IMG/VR virus record: IMGVR_UViG_3300045988_169015
Span: 78,001-142,000 of that record
Direction: 5' to 3' (one strand)
Source: a virus
Length of the DNA stretch: 64,000 nucleotides
This document shows, in pieces, positions 34,649-44,856 of the stretch (the stretch's first letter is position 1; each line of letters starts with the position of its first letter). Both the position numbers and the translations under genes were made by a program. The notes under the pieces are model-generated. The model saw nothing but the letters and a program-made list of their open reading frames with translations. It did not search any database and was not told the DNA's origin.

Positions 34649-37435
34649 CTGTCAAAACAAAAGACATATCAGAAGTACATTTTTAAGCTACGTAGTGGCA
34701 GGATATTATCTGCCCCTCGTAAGAGCTTAACTTTGTCTCTGGAAGACGCCAGACGTAATGACGAAATAATTGCTCTGGGAGATCGTGAAGTTATGCGCTT
34801 CATCGATGAAATTAACGGACTCGATGTTCAGGCAACAGAAGAAAAAATCAAAACCATTCGGCGTGAGATACGAAGCATACAAAAAATGCCCAAATCACTG
34901 GCAAATAAACGCCGCATAAAAGCACTATATTCTGAGTTGGATCGGCTTCAATTTAAACCTGATTATGTTGCGGTCATAATGGATAGAATGTCAGATTTTA
35001 AAAAGTTAAATACAGGATTTAAGATTAACGGATTGTCTTATAAGAGATTGATAGGAACGACCAATGGTGTAAAGAAATCTACGATAATATATGCAAGCGA
35101 GATATCTAATCAAGGGAAAATAATACATAAAGAGCTTGCCCGTAGACTTGATAACGACAGAGACCTTAGTATCAAACTGGTTCCTGCAAAATTCGAGGCT
35201 TATAAATCACTTTCATGCAGTACGTCTACTCCGGTTTCGATGCCTAAAGGTATTCTTGTGGTAGATGATGTTTTTACTCATTTTCGTGAAAGGGTAATAA
35301 ATCTTGATGATGTTAACAGTAATGAGCCGGTAATGACTGTTGCGGAGCAGGAAGTGGAGTTAAATACTAATGATGGATACGGACTTATTTGTCCTGCTTT
35401 AGCTGAAAAATGGAGCTCCGAAATGGGAGAGCATTATCTTGTATCTGGGTTCTGTACAAGAAATGCCTTTTTCAAAGGAATGATGTTTACTTTTGATTTT
35501 CATAGTTTTTGCGAAGAATATGGTGGAAACAAGATAATCAAAGATGTATGGGGAAATAAACATAATCTCGACGATATTGAGATGATAACAACTCCATCGA
35601 TGCTTAAACTTTGGGACTCGTATAAGAGTATAGATGATTACATAGAAAAAAGCACGGGTAATCATTACGGGTTTGCGATAACTAAAGCTTTACCTGAGAA
35701 ACTTGAAAGTGAAAGAAATCTTAATTATCAGTTTATTCAAAGTTACGAGCTAAATGATAAACAGATTGAAGAGCTTATCTCCCCTACCGTATCAGAGATT
35801 AAAGACGTTATCAGCGGAGATGTGAATAAGACGATTTTGTTTCTTAAAGGTATGGGCTTAACTGCAGATAATATCAATTCTGTCGAAAATGATTTCGCTA
35901 AGGCAATAATGATAGACCCTCGAATGCTTAAGGACAATTACGTAATAAACAGACTCAACTATATGCTCAAGAAAAAAATTGATGAGGCTAAGATCGGCGT
36001 ACTTAAAATACATGGTAATTATGCGACAATTTCGGGAGATCCTGTTGCTTTATGTCAAAAAACATTCGGTATCGAAACAGATGAGAGTAAGCTGGGGCTG
36101 TTAAATGCCGGGGAAATTTATTCGGAGTATTGGGCGGATCTCGGAGTGAAAGAAATTGTGTGCTTTAGGGCTCCTATGTCGGCGGCAAATAATATAAGAA
36201 GAATGAAGATAGCTGACAACCCTGAAATACGTCGATGGTATAAATATATACACGTTGTAAACGTGTTAAATGCTCACGACTCGTTCTGCCATGCGCTGAA
36301 TGGGTGTGACTTTGATGGAGACGCATTGATAACAACAGATAATAAAGTCCTTCTTGAGAACACAAGAGATTTACCTGCAATAATGTGTGCTCAAAGAAAA
36401 GCAGAAAAAAAGATCATAACCGAAGAATTACTCGTAGAAGCTAATCAAAACAGCTTTGGCGATGAAATAGGTACGACAACTAATCACATAACAGCTATGT
36501 ATGATCTCTTGCCTTTGTTTGATAAGAATAGCGAAGAGTACAAGACGCTGGAATATAGGATAATGTGTGGACAGTTATACCAGCAGAATTGTATAGATCG
36601 TACAAAAGGCATAATCTCCAAACCTATGCCTGATTATTGGTATAATATGTCCAAAAACAAAGTCAAAGATAATAGCACACCTGAAGAAACATTGAAAAAG
36701 AAATTCAACTCTTCTATCTGTGCAAATAAAAAGCCATATTTCACGAATTATATATATCCGGACCAGATGACCGAATACAATCAATATATAAAAAGCACGA
36801 ATCAAAAATGCAGAATGCTTTATCAGATGGATATTGCGGAGTTAGAAGCTCTGCCCGAGAAGACAGAAGAGCAAAACGACTTTCTTCATTGGTATTATTT
36901 GTTACTGCCCGTAAGTGATAATAGTTCGACGATGAATAAAATTTGTCATAAAATAGAACAGGAATTTGATGGATATATATCATCTGTAAAGTCATCGTCT
37001 GATTTCGATTATAGTATAATGAAAAGCGGTGTAGAATATAGCAAATACGATTATACAAAAATCAAACAACTGTATGACGAATACTTAAAAAGAACAGTCG
37101 ATTTTCAAATTAGATCGAAACAGCAAAGATTAGATAAGGAAGAAACATCTATTCAATTTTTAGTGATGAGGGATGAGTTCAAGAGGGAATGTCAAGCTAT
37201 TTGCCCTAATGAATGCGAATTGTGTGATATTATCCTTGATATGTGCTACAAGTCCTCACATTCTAAGCAGTTTGCATGGGAAATATGTGTAGATACGATT
37301 ATTCATAATCTTCTTGCTAAAAATAATAATGAAATCTCATATGTATATAAAGATAAAGACGGTGAGATTATTTATTGTGGAGAAAATTTCAGCGTTGGGA
37401 AAGCAAAGGTGGAGACGAAGAATGATAATACTTAA
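34649..37435 (+). CDS. YonO / RdRP-like single-subunit RNA polymerase (double-psi beta-barrel type)
   Basis: IVCFRAPMSAANNIRRMKI...LNGCDFDGDALITTDN contains the DxDGD catalytic loop in the context typical of YonO and cellular RdRP-like polymerases. The track starts at TTG 34733; the frame is open from 34634 and AAAGGAGG sits 8 nt upstream of CTG 34649. Confidence 0.6.
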   Translation: MSKQKTYQKYIFKLRSGRILSAPRKSLTLSLEDARRNDEIIALGDREVMRFIDEINGLDVQATEEKIKTIRREIRSIQKMPKSLANKRRIKALYSELDRLQFKPDYVAVIMDRMSDFKKLNTGFKINGLSYKRLIGTTNGVKKSTIIYASEISNQGKIIHKELARRLDNDRDLSIKLVPAKFEAYKSLSCSTSTPVSMPKGILVVDDVFTHFRERVINLDDVNSNEPVMTVAEQEVELNTNDGYGLICPALAEKWSSEMGEHYLVSGFCTRNAFFKGMMFTFDFHSFCEEYGGNKIIKDVWGNKHNLDDIEMITTPSMLKLWDSYKSIDDYIEKSTGNHYGFAITKALPEKLESERNLNYQFIQSYELNDKQIEELISPTVSEIKDVISGDVNKTILFLKGMGLTADNINSVENDFAKAIMIDPRMLKDNYVINRLNYMLKKKIDEAKIGVLKIHGNYATISGDPVALCQKTFGIETDESKLGLLNAGEIYSEYWADLGVKEIVCFRAPMSAANNIRRMKIADNPEIRRWYKYIHVVNVLNAHDSFCHALNGCDFDGDALITTDNKVLLENTRDLPAIMCAQRKAEKKIITEELLVEANQNSFGDEIGTTTNHITAMYDLLPLFDKNSEEYKTLEYRIMCGQLYQQNCIDRTKGIISKPMPDYWYNMSKNKVKDNSTPEETLKKKFNSSICANKKPYFTNYIYPDQMTEYNQYIKSTNQKCRMLYQMDIAELEALPEKTEEQNDFLHWYYLLLPVSDNSSTMNKICHKIEQEFDGYISSVKSSSDFDYSIMKSGVEYSKYDYTKIKQLYDEYLKRTVDFQIRSKQQRLDKEETSIQFLVMRDEFKRECQAICPNECELCDIILDMCYKSSHSKQFAWEICVDTIIHNLLAKNNNEISYVYKDKDGEIIYCGENFSVGKAKVETKNDNT

Positions 37436-38174
37436 TGAACGTGCAGAAGCAGAAAGAATCATTGAGACGGGGAACATTGGAGAGAAGCCTTCTGAGACCC
37501 TATTACTGCTTGCAAGATACTATTATAATGTTGAAAAGCTCACGGGTAAAAAAATATATAATAAGCTGAATGAGTTTATGCAAAATAATTATCCTAAGTA
37601 TGATTCGAAATTATGGGAGAATACTTTACAGAACAAAGTGAAAAAGGCAGATAAATACCCTCTTACAGAGATAAACGAAGTCGTTATTACGAGGGCGGAA
37701 ATGGAAACTATAAAAAATCTAAAATCTCCACCTCTCGAAAGACTTGCGTTTACGTTGTTGTGTCTTGCGAAATTCGGAGATAAAAGAAATATAAACAACA
37801 ATGGTTGGGTTTGTCGTTCTCATGATGAAATATTCAAAATCGCTGCTGTACCAGCTACTATCAAAAAACAAGCAGCAATGCTGAATAGTTTATATCGAGC
37901 CGGATTGATTGGGTTCAGCATGAAAGTTACTAATACAAACATTCAGGTTCTATATATTCAGGAAGAATCGTATATGGCGATAAGAATATCTGATTTCAGG
38001 GAGCTTGGACATGAATACATGAATTACTTAGGCAAGCATAAGTATATCAGATGTGCAGAGTGTGGGCGCTTGACAAAGTGTAAAGGGAATGCCCGCACAA
38101 AATACTGTAAGAACTGTAGTGTGAAAGTAAATATTGAACAGACAAGAATGCGCAAATTGCAAGATAAAGTTTGA
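37422..38174 (+). CDS. hypothetical protein with C-terminal zinc ribbon (250 aa)
   Basis: ATG 37422 with GGAG upstream; overlaps the polymerase stop by 14 nt; CAECGR...CKNC. Confidence 0.7.
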   Translation: MIILNERAEAERIIETGNIGEKPSETLLLLARYYYNVEKLTGKKIYNKLNEFMQNNYPKYDSKLWENTLQNKVKKADKYPLTEINEVVITRAEMETIKNLKSPPLERLAFTLLCLAKFGDKRNINNNGWVCRSHDEIFKIAAVPATIKKQAAMLNSLYRAGLIGFSMKVTNTNIQVLYIQEESYMAIRISDFRELGHEYMNYLGKHKYIRCAECGRLTKCKGNARTKYCKNCSVKVNIEQTRMRKLQDKV

Positions 38175-38203
38175 TATTCAAGTTGATTTGTAATAGTAAA
38201 TTG

Positions 38204-38257
38204 AACACGCTCGAATGGCTATAATACGTTATTTGAGCGTGTTTTTCTTTCGTTTTT
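38204..38257 (+). terminator. intrinsic terminator
   Basis: AACACGCTC...GAGCGTGTT (9 bp, 22-nt loop) followed by TTTCTTTCGTTTTT. Confidence 0.6.
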
Positions 38258-38329
38258 GATTGTTGTTTATATAGTAGGAATTTATGCCTTCGGTGGTACC
38301 GAGACTTTTCCTAAAATACGAGTAAAAGG

Positions 38330-38527
38330 ATGAACAAAATGATACAAATCAGTAAAGACGAATATTTATTTATCTGCAAGCATGTGCGTGACCCTTATAT
38401 TACCATCTGTTCGAAGCGTAAACATGGAGCAAAGGGAAGTAGAATGAGCGGCAAGACATATTATTGTCCTGAAAGCAACAGATATCTCGGACTCATCAGA
38501 GAATATCGCAATATACGTGAGGGCTAA
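38330..38527 (+). CDS. hypothetical basic protein (65 aa)
   Basis: ORF track. Confidence 0.6.
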   Translation: MNKMIQISKDEYLFICKHVRDPYITICSKRKHGAKGSRMSGKTYYCPESNRYLGLIREYRNIREG

Positions 38528-38530
38528 AGC

Positions 38531-39217
38531 ATGACAGAGAATAAACAGACTGACAATATTGAAGCGGTAATTTCTGAAGAGAAGAGCTGCGAATGTGGTG
38601 AAATGAATGTTCTTGAATGTGCATCATCAAATAATTTCAATTATGGACTCGAAGAAATGTTTGTTATGTCGGACATTGAGGACAGAAAACTTTTTATCAA
38701 TGGAGAAATCACCCCTGAGACCAGAGCCAATATTTCATATCATATCATGAGATATAATGCACTTGATATTGACGTACCCGTTACAGAGAGAACTCCAATC
38801 ATCATATACATATCATCTACCGGAGGTTCTACGTGGGACGGTATGGGAATCTGTGACTGCATCAAAAATTCAAAGACACCTGTAATTGGTGTTTGTACAT
38901 CATATGCACTGTCCATGGGATTCTATATCTATATTTCGTGCCACAAAAGATATGCTTCTGAAAACGCATTCTTTTTAAATCATGAAGGAAGAGACGGAGA
39001 TTATGGCAGTCCTTCTAAGGTTGATGACTATTGGAGATTTGGTCAAAAATATAAAGAGCGCTTGATGCAGTTTGTTGTGTCAAGAACAAAGCTTTCCATA
39101 AAAGACCTGAAAAAGACAGAGAGAATTGAAAATTATTATTTTGCAGATGAAGCCAAAACGCTTGGCATTGTAGATTCAATCATCGGCAAAGACTGTGACA
39201 TTGATGAGGTCGTATAA
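38531..39217 (+). CDS. clpP: ClpP-family serine protease
   Basis: IIIYISSTGGSTWDG, SYALSMGFYI (Ser), FFLNHEG (His) in ClpP order; about 60-aa N-terminal extension. Confidence 0.8.
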   Translation: MTENKQTDNIEAVISEEKSCECGEMNVLECASSNNFNYGLEEMFVMSDIEDRKLFINGEITPETRANISYHIMRYNALDIDVPVTERTPIIIYISSTGGSTWDGMGICDCIKNSKTPVIGVCTSYALSMGFYIYISCHKRYASENAFFLNHEGRDGDYGSPSKVDDYWRFGQKYKERLMQFVVSRTKLSIKDLKKTERIENYYFADEAKTLGIVDSIIGKDCDIDEVV

Positions 39218-39218
39218 T

Positions 39219-40508
39219 ATGGACAATCAATATTATATAGATCTTTACAATATTCTCTGTGAGAAGCAGCACAACGAGGATATTGAATGGCAGGATGTTG
39301 CCGATATGAGAGCCAGATATGGTATAAACGAAACCAGAGACTGTGCCCGTAAAGGTGCAAAGTTCTTCTATGAGTTTATCAACGGTGGCTGGGAAATCAA
39401 GCCTAAAACCAATGCTGCGACTATATCCACCAAGGAAACCGTTACGATAAACGCAGACAGATCGGAAACAAGCGAACGTACATTCTATATTGAGGATGAA
39501 AGTAAACTTCGTGACGTTGATTATCTTTTGCGCTTACATAATTATGATCCACGTTTCTTTGATGTTTCATCTGCTAAAAACAGCAAATGGAACAGTGGAG
39601 ACAAGACACTATATTCAAGCAAGATAACTGTAAAGCCCAAAGTCCCCGAACTAATGGACTCTGACATGAAGCAGTGGTTCGATGATTTAGATAGAAGATA
39701 CAGTAATATTACCATTCCCGTAGTATCATCAGATTACGGAACGGGTGATAATCTGCTTATTTTACCCATATCTGACCTTCACTTTGCTCTCAGATCCAGT
39801 ATGCTTGAGACCGGAAGCGAATATAACTGCGAGATTGCTGAAAATCTATTTTACTATGTCATTAAAGATGTGATGTCTCGTGTGAAACATATCAAGCTTA
39901 GTAGGATTATATTTACTATAGGCGGAGATCAAAGTAATTTTGATAATCTTGCCGGAACAACTACTAAGGGAACACCGCAAGATAATGCTTGTGGATATTT
40001 TGATATGATGCAGAAGCTGTTCGATATGACTATTATAGCTATTGATATGCTTGCAAATATCGCACCTGTAGATGTTGTCTTGGTGAATGCTAATCATGAC
40101 AAGACTGTTGGATATTCTCTTGCACAATATTGCTATGCCTGGTATAAGGATGACAAAAGAGTAACGGTAGATATGTCCCCTGCTCCTCGTAAGTATCGTG
40201 TTTTTGGTAAAACACTTTTCGTGTTCGCACATGACGCTGATATTAAAAAGCTTCCTGCCCTCATCCCTGATGAGTGTAGAAAAGTATGGAGCAGTGTAAC
40301 TAATACTGAAGTATTTTTACAGCATCTACATAGTGAAATGGTTCTCGATGAAAACAATCACATGAGAATTCAAAGATTGCCCACTATCAGTGCGCCATCA
40401 GCGTGGACTACTGAGCAAGGATATCGTTCAAAGAGACAATGTAAGTCTTTTATTTTCGATAAAGAATATGGACTTACGGATGTTCTATACACAAATATTA
40501 AAGAATAA
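39219..40508 (+). CDS. metallophosphoesterase (Mre11/SbcD-like motifs)
   Basis: ISDLHF, IGGDQSNFDN, NANHDK, FAHDAD, LQHLH; ATG 39219 (track start 39195). Confidence 0.65.
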   Translation: MDNQYYIDLYNILCEKQHNEDIEWQDVADMRARYGINETRDCARKGAKFFYEFINGGWEIKPKTNAATISTKETVTINADRSETSERTFYIEDESKLRDVDYLLRLHNYDPRFFDVSSAKNSKWNSGDKTLYSSKITVKPKVPELMDSDMKQWFDDLDRRYSNITIPVVSSDYGTGDNLLILPISDLHFALRSSMLETGSEYNCEIAENLFYYVIKDVMSRVKHIKLSRIIFTIGGDQSNFDNLAGTTTKGTPQDNACGYFDMMQKLFDMTIIAIDMLANIAPVDVVLVNANHDKTVGYSLAQYCYAWYKDDKRVTVDMSPAPRKYRVFGKTLFVFAHDADIKKLPALIPDECRKVWSSVTNTEVFLQHLHSEMVLDENNHMRIQRLPTISAPSAWTTEQGYRSKRQCKSFIFDKEYGLTDVLYTNIKE

Positions 40509-40522
40509 AAGGAGAAATTATT

Positions 40523-40795
40523 ATGACTAAGAAGGAATTTATCGCTGCTATCGCAGCAAACGCTAACATGACAAAGAATGATGCTGAGACTGCGCTTAAT
40601 GCGGTTGTTGACACAATTATCTCAGCTCTGGACAAGAAGGACACTGTAAAGCTTTATGGCTTTGGCACCTTCTCTACTGCTGACGTAGAGGCTTGTGAAA
40701 GACAGAATCCCCGCACCAAGGAAAAGTTTGTTTCCCCTGCTCATACTGTCCCCAAGTTCAAGTTCAGTTCTACTTTTAAGAAGTCGTTTAAGTAA
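40523..40795 (+). CDS. hup: HU/IHF-family DNA-binding protein
   Basis: MTKKEFIAAIA...LYGFGTFSTADVEACERQNPRTKEKFVSPAHTVPKFKFS is a classic HU fold signature. Confidence 0.9.
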   Translation: MTKKEFIAAIAANANMTKNDAETALNAVVDTIISALDKKDTVKLYGFGTFSTADVEACERQNPRTKEKFVSPAHTVPKFKFSSTFKKSFK

Positions 40796-40810
40796 TAAGG
40801 GGGCGATATT

Positions 40811-41179
40811 ATGTCGTCTTCCAAGAAAAATCAGCCTGAAATGATCACTAAGACAGAATTTATAAAAAGGATGTCTTATGATACTGGCTTCACTCAGGCT
40901 AATTGTAGAATTGCTTATGACTCCTTTGTCAATATAATGAAAGAGACTTTGCTTGAAGGCAGAGGTCTTTATTTCATTAAGCTCGGTTGGCTTGAGCCCT
41001 ATATCAAGCCGCCCAGAAAAATGTTTCGTCTTGACGGAAACGGAGTAATGCTCGACGAAAATGGTAACAAAGTTGAGTATATTTTTCCCGAAACAAGATG
41101 GGTCAAGTTCCGTATCACTCAGAAGTTTAAGAGAGATATGAACCCCGGAATATATGACAAAGACGAAGAAGAAGATTAA
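40811..41179 (+). CDS. divergent HU/IHF-like protein
   Basis: ITKTEFIKRMSYDTGFTQANCRIAYDSFVNIMKETL... has an HU-like N-terminal helix pattern and an extended arm region. Confidence 0.55.
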   Translation: MSSSKKNQPEMITKTEFIKRMSYDTGFTQANCRIAYDSFVNIMKETLLEGRGLYFIKLGWLEPYIKPPRKMFRLDGNGVMLDENGNKVEYIFPETRWVKFRITQKFKRDMNPGIYDKDEEED

Positions 41180-41184
41180 CGATG

Positions 41185-41213
41185 GTGCTGCCCCAATAGG
41201 GGCGCACTATTTT
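41185..41213 (+). terminator. intrinsic terminator
   Basis: GTGC(t)GCCCC-aata-GGGGCGCAC followed by TATTTT, immediately before the tRNA. Confidence 0.65.
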
Positions 41214-41288
41214 GGTGCGATGGTCAAGTGGTTAAGATGGTGCCCTTTCACGGCGTCGGCTCGGGTTCGAATCCCGATCGCATCCCCA
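41214..41288 (+). tRNA. tRNA-Glu (anticodon UUC), CCA encoded
   Basis: Hand-folded cloverleaf. Acceptor GGTGCGA/TCGCATC; anticodon stem GTGCC/GGCGT with loop CTTTCAC; T arm TCGGG-TTCGAAT-CCCGA; discriminator C, then CCA (41286-41288). Confidence 0.85.
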
Positions 41289-41384
41289 ATGAGCTTTCAG
41301 AGGCTTTGTGCTCCGAACAAGCCTTCGCCCTTGTGGCAAAATAATATATATAATAGTATATCAGAATGAAAGGAAGATTTATGA

Positions 41385-42014
41385 ATGTCATATTCAGGAT
41401 ACCGCACAATTTATTTACCATCTGATCCTGAAGCTGATAAACGTGGCTTTGTTCCCGAACACAGAGTTGTGGCAAGGAAAATCCTTGGCAGACCTTTGAA
41501 GCCGGGCGAAGTGGTTCACCACAAGGATCAGAATCGATTGAATAATAGCGAAGATAACATAATCGTGTTTGTCTCCCGAGAAGCTCATACGAGATATCAT
41601 CAGGGAGGCACTTTGGTTGAGACCGACGAACCTAACGTTTACACGAGTTATTTTTATCGTCCCGAAATTCCCTGTGCTTACTGTGGACAAATGTTTAAAC
41701 CCAAAAGAGCTGATGCTAAGTTCTGTTGCTCTGAATGCAGCTCTTTAGCGCAGCGTAAAACAGATCGTCCAAGCAGAAGGGAACTTAAGAGATTGTTATT
41801 GGAATACAATATTACTCAGATTTCTCATATGTATGGTTTGACTGATAATGGCATCAGACGTTGGTGCCAAGCAGAAAAGCTGCCGTATAAGAAAAAAGAT
41901 CTTGATAAAATGAGAGAAAAGGAAAGACTTAAAGCCGAAGAAAAGGCTTTAGAGAAAGAAATGAAGGAACGCATTGCAGAGCGTGACAGGATGATTAAAA
42001 AAAATAGCAAATGA
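41385..42014 (+). CDS. HNH endonuclease
   Basis: VVHHKDQNRLNNSEDNIIVFVSREAHTRYH; C-terminal zinc ribbon and basic tail; sits just upstream of the terminase genes. Confidence 0.85.
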   Translation: MSYSGYRTIYLPSDPEADKRGFVPEHRVVARKILGRPLKPGEVVHHKDQNRLNNSEDNIIVFVSREAHTRYHQGGTLVETDEPNVYTSYFYRPEIPCAYCGQMFKPKRADAKFCCSECSSLAQRKTDRPSRRELKRLLLEYNITQISHMYGLTDNGIRRWCQAEKLPYKKKDLDKMREKERLKAEEKALEKEMKERIAERDRMIKKNSK

Positions 42015-42043
42015 CATTAGTTCCTTCATAAAAAGGAGGAATT

Positions 42044-43090
42044 ATGCCGAAGCAAAATTTAGGACGTAAAGCTCCTCAGCAACAAAAGAAAAAAGCTGTA
42101 GATACGCGTGTTGAGATGCTTAAACAAATTGCTGCTGGTAACGAGAATGTCCCATTTATGTATCGCTGCGAAAAATGCGGCAAACAAGTTATGGACGATG
42201 ACAGAGAATTTATGATCAGCTTCAGCAAGCTTCACGTAGGACACAGATGCAGGCTTCCAATATGCAAAGACTGTTTGGATTCGTTATATGAGGAATATCT
42301 CGAAGAGCTTGGCAGCGAAGAAGAAGCGGTTCGCAGAGTGTGCATGAAGTTTGACATATATTATAATAAAGAGATCGTCAATTTGATGAAGAGCGCTTCT
42401 AAGCCTTTGAAGCGAATGACATACTATGTTGGTAAAACCCATACTGCAAAGTATGCAAACAAAACATATGACACTACTATATTGGAAGAAAAGGCAGAAG
42501 AGGATAAAATAACTACATATGAGGATATGTATTCTTCAAAAGAGATAGATCCAGATACGGTGTCTTTCTGGGGTTCCGGATTTAAACCCGAAGATTACGA
42601 ATATTTGGATAGCCGATATTCTGAATGGATCCTATCTTATCCTGTACAGGCAAAGGCTATGGAAGCAATTATTCAGAAAATATGTTTGCTTGAGCTTCAG
42701 ATTATGAGAGGTATTCAAAAGGGAGATAAGGTTGATAGCTTATGTAAGGCTATGAACGACCTTATGAATTCTGCGGGCATTCAGCCTAAACAAAGCAGCG
42801 AGAACACAATGAGCGACACTGCTTCATTCGGGGTCCTGATAAAACGTTGGGAAGACGAAGAGCCTATACCCGAACCTGAAGAAAAATGGAAAGATATCGA
42901 TGGAATCAGACGCTATATCAGCGTCTTTTTCTTTGGACATTTATCTAAGATGTTCGGATTTAAAAATAACTGGAGTCAACTCTATGAAGACGAAATAAGA
43001 AAATATACTGTTAATCGTCCTGAGCTTGAAGAAGAAGATATCAATCAGATCACATATGAAGATATTTTTGGGTCCGGTGATGAGCCTTGA
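42044..43090 (+). CDS. terS: putative terminase small subunit
   Basis: Position only: directly upstream of and overlapping the large terminase; zinc ribbon CEKCGK...CKDC. Confidence 0.4.
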   Translation: MPKQNLGRKAPQQQKKKAVDTRVEMLKQIAAGNENVPFMYRCEKCGKQVMDDDREFMISFSKLHVGHRCRLPICKDCLDSLYEEYLEELGSEEEAVRRVCMKFDIYYNKEIVNLMKSASKPLKRMTYYVGKTHTAKYANKTYDTTILEEKAEEDKITTYEDMYSSKEIDPDTVSFWGSGFKPEDYEYLDSRYSEWILSYPVQAKAMEAIIQKICLLELQIMRGIQKGDKVDSLCKAMNDLMNSAGIQPKQSSENTMSDTASFGVLIKRWEDEEPIPEPEEKWKDIDGIRRYISVFFFGHLSKMFGFKNNWSQLYEDEIRKYTVNRPELEEEDINQITYEDIFGSGDEP

Positions 43091-44850
43091 GTAAATATAG
43101 ACAGTATAATACAGGAATACAGGACAAGTCTGAAAAGATGATGACTACGATAGCAAAGCGTGCAGCATTCTACAGAGAAAATCCTAACAGATTTGTAAAG
43201 GATTATCTGGGAATAGAGCTGAAATTATTCCAAGAGATTATTCTTGTGATGATGAATTACTGCACGAACAGTATGTTTTTGGCCGCAAGAGGCCTCGGAA
43301 AAACATACTTAACAGCTATTTTCTGTGTTGTCAGATGTATCTTGTATCCCGGTACCAAAATATGCGTAGCATCAAAAACACTTAAGCAGGCCAAGGAAGT
43401 TCTGAAGAAGATAACGTCAGAGCTTATGCCGAATTCTCCAAATCTTAGATTGGAGATAAAACAAATAACGCTCAATAGTGTTGATGCTCAGATTGAATTT
43501 AAAAATGGTTCTATGATTTTCGTAACCACTACGACCGATACAGCTCGTGGCGGCAGATGTCACATACTTCTTGTGGATGAGTTCCGTCTGTGCAAGAAAG
43601 AAGTTATTGAAACCGTTCTCAGACCTTTTATGCGTTCGGAGCGTATGCCTGGTTTCTTCAAGAAGAAAGAATATGTTAACTATCCCAAGGAACGTAATAA
43701 AGAAATTTACATGTCTTCGGTGTGGCTTAAGTCACATTGGGCATATAAAGAAGCACAGAGCTATGTTGTCGATCTGATGAATCAAAAGAAGAAAACATTT
43801 ATATGCGGACTTCCCTATCAGATGTCTATCAAAGAAGGACTTTTGAATCCAGAGCAAGTATTGGAAGAAATGATGAGCCCGACTTTTAATGAAATTTCAT
43901 TCAGCATGGAGTCTGGCTGCTTATGGTGGGGCGAAAGTGAAGATTCATTTTTCAGGTTTGACGACTTGATGAAAGCCAGAAGAATCAAAGAAGCTATATA
44001 TCCCAAAGAGATATATACTCAGATCTCGAACAAAATCATTAAGTATCCCGAAAAAACACCGGGAGAACTTAGATTGCTTTCTGCCGATATTGCTGTAATG
44101 AGTTCGAAGCGCAATAAAAATGATGCAACATCAATTTTTGTTACTCAGCTGCTTCCCACTAAAGACGGTCAATATATCAGAAATGTCCTCTATTCTGAAA
44201 ATAAAGAAGGCGGACATACTGAAGATCAAGCCCTAACCATCCGTCGAATTTTTGAGCAAATGGATTGTGATTACATAGTTATAGATACTCAAGGTGTTGG
44301 TGTTGGAGTATTTGATAATCTTGTTAAGGATATGACTGATGATATAACCGGAGAATTTTATCCTGCTTTCACTTGTATTAACGATGCTGAGATGGCTGAG
44401 CACTATAAAGGATCAAGCACTAATCCTGCAAAAGTTATATATAGTGTAAAAGCTAACACGAAATGGAACTCACAATGCGCATATGCTCTAAGAGACTGTA
44501 TTCGTCGTGGTAAAATGAGACTTCTTCTTGATGAAGAGGAATTTAATGATGAATATGAAAGCAATAAAGCATTTTATAATTTGAGTGCTGAAGATAAGCT
44601 CACCATTAAAATGCCTTATATCCAGACATCGTTGCTCATCAATGAATTGGTCAATCTTGAATATACGACTGTTGGAGCAGAAATAAAGATCAAAGAGACC
44701 GGAACAAATCGAAAAGACCGATACAGCTCACTATCTTATGCAAATCAGATTGCAAATGAGCTTGAACGTAAATTGAGTAAGCCTAAACTTTCCCAGAGTG
44801 CATTTAGGCTTCAATGCAGAAGCCCTAAATGTATGTCGATAGGAAGGTGA
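43087..44850 (+). CDS. terL: terminase large subunit
   Basis: Walker A-like AARGLGKT, Walker B HILLVDEF, C-terminal nuclease-like IVIDTQGVGVGVFD; 587 aa. Confidence 0.85.
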   Translation: MSKYRQYNTGIQDKSEKMMTTIAKRAAFYRENPNRFVKDYLGIELKLFQEIILVMMNYCTNSMFLAARGLGKTYLTAIFCVVRCILYPGTKICVASKTLKQAKEVLKKITSELMPNSPNLRLEIKQITLNSVDAQIEFKNGSMIFVTTTTDTARGGRCHILLVDEFRLCKKEVIETVLRPFMRSERMPGFFKKKEYVNYPKERNKEIYMSSVWLKSHWAYKEAQSYVVDLMNQKKKTFICGLPYQMSIKEGLLNPEQVLEEMMSPTFNEISFSMESGCLWWGESEDSFFRFDDLMKARRIKEAIYPKEIYTQISNKIIKYPEKTPGELRLLSADIAVMSSKRNKNDATSIFVTQLLPTKDGQYIRNVLYSENKEGGHTEDQALTIRRIFEQMDCDYIVIDTQGVGVGVFDNLVKDMTDDITGEFYPAFTCINDAEMAEHYKGSSTNPAKVIYSVKANTKWNSQCAYALRDCIRRGKMRLLLDEEEFNDEYESNKAFYNLSAEDKLTIKMPYIQTSLLINELVNLEYTTVGAEIKIKETGTNRKDRYSSLSYANQIANELERKLSKPKLSQSAFRLQCRSPKCMSIGR

Positions 44851-44856
44851 TATAAA

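Noticed and set aside
41154-41369. 71-aa plus-strand ORF
   Set aside because: It overlaps the terminator and the tRNA-Glu gene and has no SD.
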